Source of the DNA: Lingula anatina | Lineage: Eukaryota; Animalia; Brachiopoda | Direction of reading: 5' to 3' | NCBI GenBank assembly: GCA_051362555.1 | Contig: CM120640.1 | Coordinates: 24,414,225 to 24,478,224, forward strand | DNA length: 64,000 nucleotides | Part shown: one piece after another, positions 11,701 through 23,700 of the stretch | How the letters are laid out: every line of letters begins with the position of its first letter | Numbering within the stretch: position 1 is the stretch's first letter | The notes under the pieces: model-generated | What the model saw: the letters and a program-made list of their open reading frames with translations, nothing else | Told to the model about the DNA's origin: nothing | Databases searched by the model: none | Translations under genes and position numbers: made by a program

Positions 11701-14700
11701 TGATAAAATTAACATTTATACTATTGTGTAACTGCTAGAAGACCCTGGGAAAGAGCACACATTTCTGTGTCTACATCACCTGAAAAACTACTGATCATTC
11801 CTTATTTATACCTTTAATAAAACAATAAAGGCCTTCAAATAAAAGTACTAGTACCTGATTTTGATACTTTTTTACCAGAATTATACAATTAGACAGTGTA
11901 AACATTACAGGGAACAATTAAATCAAAATTCTTCAGTTCAAAATGGCATAAAACATCAAATCTAAGTGCAGGGATGGGTTGCACAGTGATTCAAGAGAGA
12001 AAAGAATGTTTTTTCAAGAAAATTTTATTTGGGGGATAAAATTCCAGAAAGGATAATTTTTACTTTTATGATGGGAAGTGTTTCCAAGGCAACCAAGATT
12101 GTGTTGTCACTGCTAGTTAGGTTGAAAATCAGTGCATAGAACTATTATCTTTGATGCTGTTATGTTTTTAAATGTTATATTTATTCAATGATAAAAATTA
12201 TGTCAAATATACTTATTCCATTTTTTCTTATGTTAAAATTGCAACAGTAAATCAACATGACAATATCAAATGTTTTAATGAAAATAATTTGACTTATTGA
12301 ACTAATGCTTAATTTTTCTTTAAATAAAAACCACTCGACAATATATTAAAATCACGGTTAAGATTTTATATTATTAGTATGACTGACATTTCTTGCCTGA
12401 GAACAAGTGATATCTGCTTACTGCTGTGAAATTTTCTTCCATCAGCAGTGAAGGTTTTTTTTTTCTTTTTTTGTCATACAATTGAACATTTCTTTTCTAG
12501 ACGAGATGTGGGTTATAACTTATAGTATTGAATATCATAGGCTCCATTCAGAATAGGGGATTAACTAGTGCGAGTGTCAAATATGGCCAACCCACTTGAG
12601 TACTTCCCCACGGGATATCTGTTCATTGTCTATTAGTGGATTAGCCTTGTTGTGGGTCGCCATATTTGACCCTCAGACTAGTGAGTCCCCTATTCTGAAT
12701 GGGGCCATATTTAAGGTAAGATATTTTAGGACCAGGATTAATAAATTTCCTTTTTAAAATGATAATAAAAGGTGTGATTTGACAACAGATTATAATTTTA
12801 AAATTTTTTTCCGTAATTATATGTTTACTAAATCATTGAATTAAAAATGGAATATCACAATGAATCAGAATACATGGAAGGGTTGAATAGTAGGGCATGA
12901 GTAGGAAAATATTGCTTTATTCACAAATAAATTTCATTTTGGTGGGTTATCATTTTTGAGTACTTAAATAAAATTAAAGAAAAAAAAATTGACATTTGGT
13001 AAAGCTTTTCTTGTGTGATTATTGGCCCTGAAAAGGGCCTTTAAGAGCAATGATCTGCTGAGGAGAGTAGATTCTGGGCTGGGTTTGCAGGAGCATTTCC
13101 ATCATTTGTTGCTTTGAGTATTTGGCATGGTCATAATAAAGTTGTCGAAGCTGCTCGGCCACAACTATCCTTGTCTTCAAGGTGTAAGTTAAAGACTTTT
13201 TCTTCAGTTTCTTGCCCCTGGAGTAGCGCACTTTCATGTCCTGCAATTTACTGTCAATGAGCTTGATCTGAGCCAAAGCTTTGAAGAACTTGGTTTCTGT
13301 TTCAAAGTACAGGGCAGGTAGTGTGTCAAGTGGGATCCCTGACAGCACAGAGTTCTTGCTTTCCATCCTTTCTGTTGAGTTACAATGTATTTGGTGCTCT
13401 CTTAATGATGGTCAGAGAATGAGTGTGGTAAGAAGGAGAATCCAGCTTTATATATCCCGCAAAGCTACTAGTACTGATCTAGCTTCAAGAAATGACACCT
13501 GGTGCCTTCCCAGGGAAAAATCTTGGTTGCTATGGAAATAGAGTAGGTGTCACTGGGTATAACAGGTTGACCTGAGGAGATGATAATGATCAGAAGTTAA
13601 TGAGTTAATGACCACTATAAGGACTAATCAGGACTGTTGTAGCAGTAACCAGATTATTAACAAATTCATTAAACTGGAGAAAAGAACCACAGGTAAAGTA
13701 GGATCTGATATCAGATAAAGTTAAATGTTTTCCAGACCAGATCTGATAAAAAGTATTCAGGAATTCTTAATGTTGACAAAAGCCCTCGGGTTATTGGCAT
13801 CATTCTTTTGGCCTCAGGCAAGATTTTGCCTGTTAACAGCTAATGCTTATCCAAACTGAGCAATGGTCCACAGCTACCCACTCACTTGTTGGTATTAATT
13901 ATCTAAGGTAGACATGTTAAGGGTATATTTGTACTGTCCATGCTTAAATCTGTACCTTAGTCTTTTCTTCTCTCTTCCAGCAGTCTTGTGATGTTAGCAG
14001 TTATCAAAATGTGTCATATAATAAAATTAACATTTATACTATTGTGTAACTGCTAGAAGACCCTGGGAAAGAGTACAAATTTCTGTGTCTACATCACCTG
14101 AAAAACTACTGATCATTCCTTATTTATACCTTTAATAAAACAATAAAGGCCTTCAAAGAAAAGTACTAGTACCTGATTTTGATACTTTTTTACCAGAATT
14201 ATACAATTAGACAGTGTAAACATTACAGGGAACAATTAAATCAAAATTCTTCAGTTCAAAATGGCATAAAACATCAAATCTAAGTGCAGGGATAGGCCGC
14301 ACAGTGATTCATGTATAGAAAAGAATGATTTTTCAAGAAAATTTTATTTGGGGGGATAAAATCCCAGAAAGGATAATTTTTACTTTTATGATGGGAAGTG
14401 TTTCCAAGGCAACCAAGATTGTGTTGTCACTGCTAGTTAGGTTGAAAATCAGTGCATAGAACTATTATCTTTGATGCTGTTATGTTTTTAAATGTTATAT
14501 TTATTCAATGATAAAAATTATGTCAAAATATACTTATTCCGTTTTTTCTTATGTTAAAATTGCAACAATAAATCAACATGACAATATCAAATGTTTTAAT
14601 GAAAATAATTTGACTTATTGAACTAATGCTTAATTTTTCTTTAAATAAAAACCACTCGACAATATATTAAAATCAAAGTTTAAGATTTTATATTATTAGT

Positions 14701-17700
14701 ATGACTAACATTTCTTGCCTGAGAACAAGTGATATCTGCTTACTGCTGTGAAATTTTCTTCCATCAGCAGTGAAGGTTTTTTTTTTCTTTTTTGTCATAC
14801 AATTGAACATTTCTTTTCTAGACGAGATGTGGGTTATAACTTATAGTATTGAATATCATAGGCTCCATTCAGAATAGGGGATTAACTAGTGCGAGTGTCA
14901 AATATGGCCAACCCACTTGAATACTTCCCCACGGGATATCTGTTCAGTGTTTATTAGTGGATTAGAAGGCAAGCTTTGTTGTGGGTCGCCATATTTGACC
15001 CTTAGACTAGTGAGTCCCCTATTCTGAATGGGGCCATATTTAAGGTAAGATATTTTAGGAACAGGATTAATAAATGTCCTTTTTAAATTGATGATAAAAG
15101 GTGAGATTTGACAACAGATTATAATTTTTAATTTTTTTTTCGTAATTATATGTGTACTAAATCATTGAATTAAAAATGGAATATCACAATGAATCAGAAT
15201 ACATGGAAGGGTTGAATAGTAGGGCATGAGTAGGAAAATATTGCTTTATTCACAAATAAATTTCATTTTGGTGGGTTATCATTTTTGAGTACTTAAATAA
15301 AATTAAAGAAAAAAAAATTGACATTTGGTAAAGCTTTTCTTGTGTGATTATTGGCCCTGAAAAGGGCCTTTTTGAGCAATGATCTACTGAGGAGAGTAGA
15401 TTCTGGGCTGGGTTTGCAGGAGCATTTCCATCATTTGTTGCTTTGAGTATTTGGCATGGTCATAATAAAGTTGTCGAAGCTGCTCTGCCACAACTATCCT
15501 TGTCTTCAAGGTGTAAGTTAAAGACTTTTTCTTCAGTTTCTTGCCCCTGAGGTAGCGCACTTTCATGTCCTGCAATTTACTGTCAATGAGCTTGATCTGA
15601 GCCAAAGCTTTGAAGAACTTGGTTTCTGTTTCAAAGTACAGGGCAGGTAGTGTGTCAAGTGGGATCCCTGACAGCACAGAGTTCTTGCTTTCCATCCTTT
15701 CTGTTGAGTTACAATGTATTTGGTGCTCTCTTAATGATGGTCAGAGAATGAGTGTGGAAAGAAGGAGAATCCAGCTTTATATATCCCGCAAAGCTACTAG
15801 TACTGATCTAGCTTCTAGAAATGACACCTGGTGCCTTCCCAGGGAAAAATCTTGGTTGCTATGGAAATAGAGTAGGTGTCACTGGGTATAACAGGTTGAC
15901 CTGAGGAGATGATAATGATCAGAAGTTAATGAGTTAATGACCACTATAAGGACTAATCAGGACTGTTGTAGCAGTAACCAGATTATTAACAAATTTATTA
16001 AACTGGAGAAAAGAACCACAGGTAAAGTAGGATCTGATATCAGATAAAGTTAAATGTTTTCCAGACCAGATCTGATAAAAAGTATTCAGGAATTCTTAAT
16101 GTTGACAAAAGCCCTCGGGTTATTGGCATCATTCTTTTGGCCTCAGGCAAGATTTTGCCTGTTAACAGCTAATGCTTATCCAAACTGAGCAATGATCCAC
16201 AGCTACCCACTCACTTGTTGTTATTAATTACCTGAGGTGGATATGTTAAGGTTATACTTGTACTGTCCACACTTAAATCTGTACCTTAGTCATTTCTTCT
16301 CTTATGACTTTTATGCTATTGTGAAACAGCTAAAAGACCCTGGGAAAGAGTATAAACTGTGGCAATTTATTCTGCAAAGCTATCCGTCTTTCCTAATTCA
16401 GACAATAAAACCGCTCAAATAAAAGAACCTGATTTTGATATTTTTACTAGAATTATACTAGAAGACATGGTGTTGTAAACATAACAGAAAACAATTAAAT
16501 CAAATTGTTCAGTTCAAAATGGCATAAAACAGCAAATCTAAGTGCAAGGATGGGCCACACAATGTACCATGAAGAGAAAACAATATTTCAAGAAATTTTT
16601 GATTTAGGGTATAAAACCACAGAAAGGATAAATTAAACATTTATGACAGAGTCTTTCCAAGGCAACCAATATTGTGTTGTCACCTTTCGTTAGGTTGAAA
16701 GTAAATGTGTAGAACTATCATCTATGATACTGTTATGTTTTTAAAAGTCATATTTATTCAGAAATAAAAATTATGTCGAAATAAAATTATTCTATTTTCT
16801 ACTCATATTAAATTTTCAACAATAAATTAGCATGACTTCATATTTAAACTTTTTAACAACAATAATTTGACTTATTGAACTAATGCTTTATTTTTTTAAT
16901 AAAAGCCTTTCAACAATATATTAATCAAGGTGTTGATTTTATATTATTATTATGACTAACATGTCCCGGCGTTGTGGGGGAATTTTCTATATCTGCTTGT
17001 TACTTTGAAAGTTTCCTACATTGGCAGTAAAGGTTGAAGTTTCTCCACTCTTTTTATACAATTGCACATTGCTTTTCTGGTCTGGATGTGGGGTATCTTA
17101 TTGAATGTGATGTTCAAGTTAAGATATTTTTGGAGCTGGACTTAATAAACATCCTTCATAAATTGATAAAAAAGAGGTGTCATTTGACAACAGATTAAAA
17201 TATTTTTCCATAATTTTAATGTTCAATAAATCATTGAATTAGAAATGGAATAACAAAATGAATTGAAATATATGGAAGGGTTGAAAAATTGGCCATGAGT
17301 AGGAAAATGTCGCTTTATTCTCAAATAATTTCATTTTGGTGGATTAATTCATTTTTTGAGTACGTAAATAAATGTAGAAAAAATATGACATTTGGTACAG
17401 CTTTTCTTGTGTGATTATTGGCCCTGAAAAGGGCCTTTAAGAGCAATGATCTACTGAGGAGAGTAGATTCTGGGCTGGGTTTGCAGGAGCATTTCCATCA
17501 TTTGTTGCTTTGAGTATTTGGCATGGTCATAATAAAGTTGTCGAAGCTGCTCGGCCACAACTATCCTTGTCTTCAAGGTGTAAGTTAAAGACTTCTTCTT
17601 CAGTTTCTTGCCCCTGGAGTAGCGCACTTTCATGTCATGCAATTTACTGTCAATGAGCTTGATCTGAGCCAAAGCTTTGAAGAACTTGGTTTCTGTTTCA

Positions 17701-20700
17701 AAGTACAGGGCAGGTAGTGTGTCAAGTGGGATCCCTGACAACGCAGAGTTCTTGCTTTCCATCCTTTCTGTTGAGTTACAATGTATTTGGTGCTCTCTTA
17801 CTGATGGTCAGAGAATGAGTGTGGAAAGAAGGAGAATCCAGCTTTATATATCCCCCAAAGCTACTAGTACAGATCTAGCTTCAAGAAATGACACCTGGTG
17901 CCTTCCCAGGGAAAAATCTTGGTTGCTATGGAAATAGAGTAGGTGTCACTGAGTATAACAGGTTGACCTGAGGAGATAATAATAATCAGAAATTAATGAG
18001 TTAATGACTACTCTGAGGACTAATTTGGACTGTTACAAGTAGTAACCAGGTAATTAACTAATCTACAATTTGAATTTAGAACCAGAGGTTAAGTAGGATC
18101 TGATATCAGATCTGCAATTCTGCAATTCTCAATATTAAGGAAAGTCCCCAGGTAATTGGCAGCATCCTTTTGGCCTTGGGCAAGATTTGGCCTGTTAACT
18201 GCTAATTTTTATCCAAACTAGGCAATGGTCCACAGCTCCTCATTAACTTGTGGTTTTAATAATCTTAGCTAGACATTTTAAAGGTATACTATCCACATTT
18301 TAATCTCTACCAAAGTCATTTTTTGTCATTTCAAGACCCAGCTGTCTTGTAGCATTAGCAGTTACACAGTTATATAGAACAAATGCAAGTAACAATTATA
18401 CAATTTTGTAAAAGCTGGAAGACCTCTAGAAAATAGTACAAATTTTATACCTAATTTGACTTACTGAGTTCATGTTTTGCAAAATAAATTTAATGTAGAA
18501 ATGTTCAACAGTATATTAAGATCAATATTATAAATAAAGACTGGCATATCCATGCTTTGCCCTATCTTATTATAATATTTTCATCCATCAGCAGTTAACA
18601 TTAGAGTTACTTCGCCCTTTTAATCATTCAATTGCACATTTCTTTTCTGGACTGGATGTGAGGTACTGTATTGAATATCAAAATAAAGTTTACATATTTT
18701 TGGGACTTACAGAAATTTCCTCCTTAAAAATAAAATGACATTGAACAACATTATGTTACACTGTGGACAAATATTTTCATAATATTTAGGTTAAGCGAAA
18801 CATCAATTATAATACACTTCCGAGTTATCATTTATCTAAACTTTTGCAGTGTCGACTTTTGGACAAATAAGGGAACGACAAATTTCAAAATTGAAATGAT
18901 TTATTGTTGATTAATCTTGCAATGAAAACCTTTCCTCAAGGTATCTGTGTACTAGTACTTTACCAAGCAAATGAGCCAAACTTGCACATAAATTATGGAC
19001 ATTATCAACTTCAGTATTTTGACTATGGCTAAGAAAGGCATTACTTAGCCTTCACAGAAAGTCATGACTGATGATATATCATTGATTGTTATAAGTTGAA
19101 AATAAATTTGAATGCATTCGGATAATGTTTTAACTGGTATAAGCAATCACACTGTTGGTTAATGGCTGATATATTTATTTTAGGAAGTAATTGGTTTGAG
19201 GAGTAACTTATTGACCTCTGAATAAGTAATTGGGCTAAGGAGAGGTTAATCCACCCCTGCTTGGGTTATTAAGCACTCAGTAATGTAATTAACCTGTTAA
19301 CTACTGATGATTTTCATCTCCTAAGGTGAACTACTCAGTACCTGTGACACCTACTCTATCTCCATAGCAACCAAGATTTTCCCCTGGGATGGCACCAGGC
19401 GTTATTTCTTGAAGCTAGCTGTATATATAAAGCTGGATTCTCTTCCTTTCCACACTCATTCTCTGACCATCAGTAAGAACACAGCAAATACCTTGTACCT
19501 CATCAGATAGGATGGACAGAAAGAACTCTGTATTATCAGTGATCCCACTTGACACACTACCTGTCCAGTACTTTGAAACAGAAATCAAGTTCTTCAAAGC
19601 TTTGGCTCAGATCAAACTCATTGACATTAATTTGCAGGACATGAAAGTTCGCTACTCCAGGGGAAAGAAACAGCAAAAGAGGTCTATAACGTACAACTTG
19701 AGGACAAGGATAGTTGTTGCCGAGCAGCTTCGACAGCTTTATCACAACCATGCCAAATATTCTAAGCAAAAAATGCTGGCGATGCTTCTGCAAACCCAGC
19801 CCAGAATCTACTCCCCTCAGTAGTATTCTGCAAAAAAAAAGGCCCTTTTCAGGGCCACTAAACTGATCCAGGAAAGCTATACCACATATAGTTTTGTTTT
19901 TTAAAAAAAGAAAAGTAGTAAAAGTGATAACCTTAACAAGTAAAGTACAGCTTCCTTTCTGTTGCTTATTAATATATATTGCTCTCCTTTATGTTACTTT
20001 ATATTTTATTAAACTATAAAGCCCCTCAGGGGCAACTGATTTAAAGGATATATGAATTTAGCATTGATTATATTGTTTGATGGTTGTTTGTTTTGTTGTG
20101 GCAGAAGTTCTAGTCCTAGGCCATTTGACTTTTTTAAATAGTGTTTGTTATGAGTATTTTATATTAATTTTTTGTAGAAGAAAGCACAGACTTACAATAC
20201 CAACCTCAGATTGACTTGGACAGGTTTAGACATTTTCTTGAGAAGGAGAGGGCTGACCCTCAAGAGCTGAGTACTATCCAGGGAAGTCAAGTCACTGCAG
20301 TGCCACTGTCTGTGCAGCAAGGCCAAGCATCCAGTACATTTGTCCAAGGAAAAAAACCAGGTGAAATTTTTTCGCGTGATTTTTGAAAAAAAGAGAGCTT
20401 TTTTAACATTCTAGTTTATTCAAACTTTGAAAAAGTGTTGCTTTTTAAAACAAACATATAGATTTATTGTGTTATTAAATTGACTAAATATAAGTTCCTA
20501 CAGTTCCTGCCACATCTGGTGGGCCATCACACTCACTGCCAACTGGAGATGAGGCAGTGTATACACCCAAACATACTGGTGATAGCTCGGGCGCTATCAA
20601 TGGAACAGAAAAAGCTAAGAGAAGCAAAAGTAGGATGAACAAGTCCCAGTCCCCTCTGAATGTATCAGGACTGACAAATATCACAGCACTTAAGCAGGTC

Positions 20701-23700
20701 AGTGTAATGTATTGTTTAGGTGAACTGAAAACCAAGGTTGTATGAATAAGAATTTTCCTTGACATGAAATAGTTCAAATTTAAGTAGATTGAAGCTTGTG
20801 ATAAGGTTTAATTCAATTATAGTAACATGACAGCATAAATAACAAGGGTTTAAGGATTACCTTCATACTGCTGGTTTGCATAAAATCTTTTACCATTTTA
20901 TATTTATTTTGATTGAAATAAATTGCCAGTAACAAATTCCACGACATAACAAGATTGGGGTTGAAGTTTAAAATCATTTTGGACAAAAAACTATGAAATC
21001 AGCTGTGTTAGATATGGTATGTGACTGTTGGTTTGACTGCAGGTATTGGTATCACTGGAGAATGAGCTGGCAGACTATGAACAGAAGACTGGCAGACAGC
21101 CTGCAGCAGAGAGATTGTACACTGACACATTCTCTGGGTACACAGTGGCCATTGTAGATGCAGTGACAAGACTGGTTAGATATCTCAAACAGGTATACTG
21201 GGTCACTATTCTGAAAGGAAAATATTGGTATTGCCAGTGCTCACTAGTCATTTTGCCTAAATCTCTTACAGCATTCTGATTAATTTGATATTATGTTAAC
21301 AGTCATAATGAATATATTTTATAATTAAACAGATGGAAAAAAGTCCCGTTAAAAAAAGCTATCCTGTTTATATTTGCTATGAATTTGGCATGATATCAGA
21401 GCTATTTAGTTACTTCTGCTATAGAATATTAAAGGATTTACTCTATTTTAAGACTGAAATCCAACTAGCCGCAGAGATGACAGTTAGAGAGCAGCTGTCA
21501 CAAGAAGTGCAGCATTTAAACCAGCTAGTTGATGCAGTAACTTCAGTGAGTTACAGTATTTATAGTGCAAATTTGCATGTTGATAATATATTTTAAAGTC
21601 TTCTTATTTTTAAGTCTTTCTATTGGTAAATTTCCAATCACATGTATAATAAATTTTGTGTTTATTTCCACAATTTTTGGTTAAATTGTGGTTGTGTTAC
21701 ACTTTTCTTTTCAAAATTAATCTTGAAGTCATGTCTGATTTTAGGACATCATCAGTACACAAGAGGAGAATGTCAAAATAAGAGAAGAATTCGCCAAGTA
21801 CAAGCAAAACACAGATGAGCAGTTTAACTATCTTAAGGTTTGATTTTCCAAGTTCTTTGAACTAATTAAGTTTTTGATTTTCGATCTTATGAAGTTTTTT
21901 TTAATGTAGCAGGTGTTAAAGCAGAGTTATCATTTTTCAGAAATAAAACTTTGTGATATATATTATTATAGATATTATAGATTATATATTATTATAAACA
22001 AACAGGAGTTTTTTTATGTCATTCTTGCCTGAAATAAATTTAAGAAGCTTTACTATATTTACGATCTAGAACATGTATTCAGAGATGAACAAAAGACCCA
22101 TGAATTTATCAACTCCATCAACTGTAAACAGTGGAAGGAGGAGGTCGGAAAATAGACAGGGTAGGCAGATTGACTTCTCAGATCAAGACTAGGAATAACT
22201 CAAGTACTCAGCAAAATTTCATGGTCTATCAGTCATTTCTCTTCAGTCATAGCCATGGTCATCTTTTTCACACTTCTTTATTATTGAAGAATTTTATCAG
22301 TTGACTTTACTGTAAGCCTTTTTCTCTGCCCTGTTTATTGAAGATTCCCCTTCAGTTGATGAGCTAGCCAATCAGATGACAGAGGTTTTGAGTTCAGGGC
22401 CACATCAGAAGAGACCCGCTCCTCCAGTGATATCTACAGCAGCAACCACAGCAAGAGTGGATTCTTATGGTAATAAAAGCTGGAATCCAAAAATGACATC
22501 TTACACTGACAAAATTTCTAATATTTATTTTGTGGAACTTTGTAGAATTTTTCAATTTGATTGCAGAATTCTCATCTTGTGTTGTAAAGTAAGTCATAAG
22601 TATAATATTTATAGCTCACACCATGGATGCAACTTCAACCCATGCTTGACGTATGTACTTCCAGGATATAACAGTGCTATGCCAGGGACTGGTAATCTTC
22701 CCACCTGGTCCTCTGACAGCACCACAGCCCACGTCATTGTCCCGAGACCAGCGCCCCTAGTGACGCTGGACCATACTCATGGACATCAGCCACAACAACA
22801 GCCTTTGCAGACAGTACAGTCAACAGTGCGTGGACCCAGTCCTTCCCTTTCCCAGCAAAATATTTCAATGCCAGAGTATGCCTCACTTCCAGTCTCACAG
22901 CCTCAACAGTCCACACAGCAGTGGCGGCCTCTGAAGGAAGTCACCAACACTCAGCACCTGCAGGCTGCAGTGACTGAGGAGTCCAGGGAAAAGCTATTTA
23001 AGTCACAAATTTTACAAATAGCACAACAGGTATGGAATGTTGTTGAAGTATACCTTATTTAATATGGTTTGATTCATTTAATATTGTTGGTCTTCTCTGT
23101 GTCAGTTGATTGTAGGAAAATAGAACAAGTGGGGACTTATAAGAATTTTTTATATCCAATGCATTTGACATCATCAGCATTTTTAAATTGTTTGAATACT
23201 ATTTATGTGCTGTTTTAAATGTATGTGTGTACCACCACTAGGTTGCAGTGCTGAATGAACAGCACAGCCAAGCACAGGACAGACTCCAGCAGCTACAGAG
23301 GGGTCTTTCACCAACTGGCCAGCTACAAGAGAATGGTCAAACATTAGACAAGGCAACAGCTCAGGGACAACAGTCTAATCTCCAGGTAAGCTGTCTAGCA
23401 CAGAAGCAATTTCATACTGAATGCTTTAGAAAACTTAAGAATTTTTGCTAAAACAAACAAAGAAGTGCAAGAGTGCACCAAGATGCTTGCTAGTTTTAAA
23501 AAAGCCTTAGTCTTTAGGGAGTGATTTACATAAGATTGGCTTTGTTGATGATGTTTTTTACATGAATCTGTGGGTAGGTTCTTGCATATTAATGTGGAAA
23601 AGATGTAGCACAACAAAGGCGTTTTTATTCAAGAGACATGTTTTAACATTTTACAGTTTGTTTTGCTTCTGTTACAGACAATGAAACCAAATGCTGGTCA

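Larger units (their letters stand above)
10690..18300 (-). repeat. Tandem duplication of four gene-bearing units (periods about 2.30, 2.33 and 2.07 kb) inside a SPICE1 intron
   Basis: Equivalent stem-loop positions at 10726, 13024, 15353 and 17420. Spacers 1 and 2 are nearly identical; spacer 3 and the flank of copy 4 are more diverged. Confidence 0.95.

Noticed and set aside
13281-19793. Antisense ORFs of 60-86 aa overlapping the nested genes (13281, 15610, 17677, 19415, 19557)
   Set aside because: They are shadow frames repeated only because the unit is duplicated, often with non-ATG starts and inconsistent lengths.
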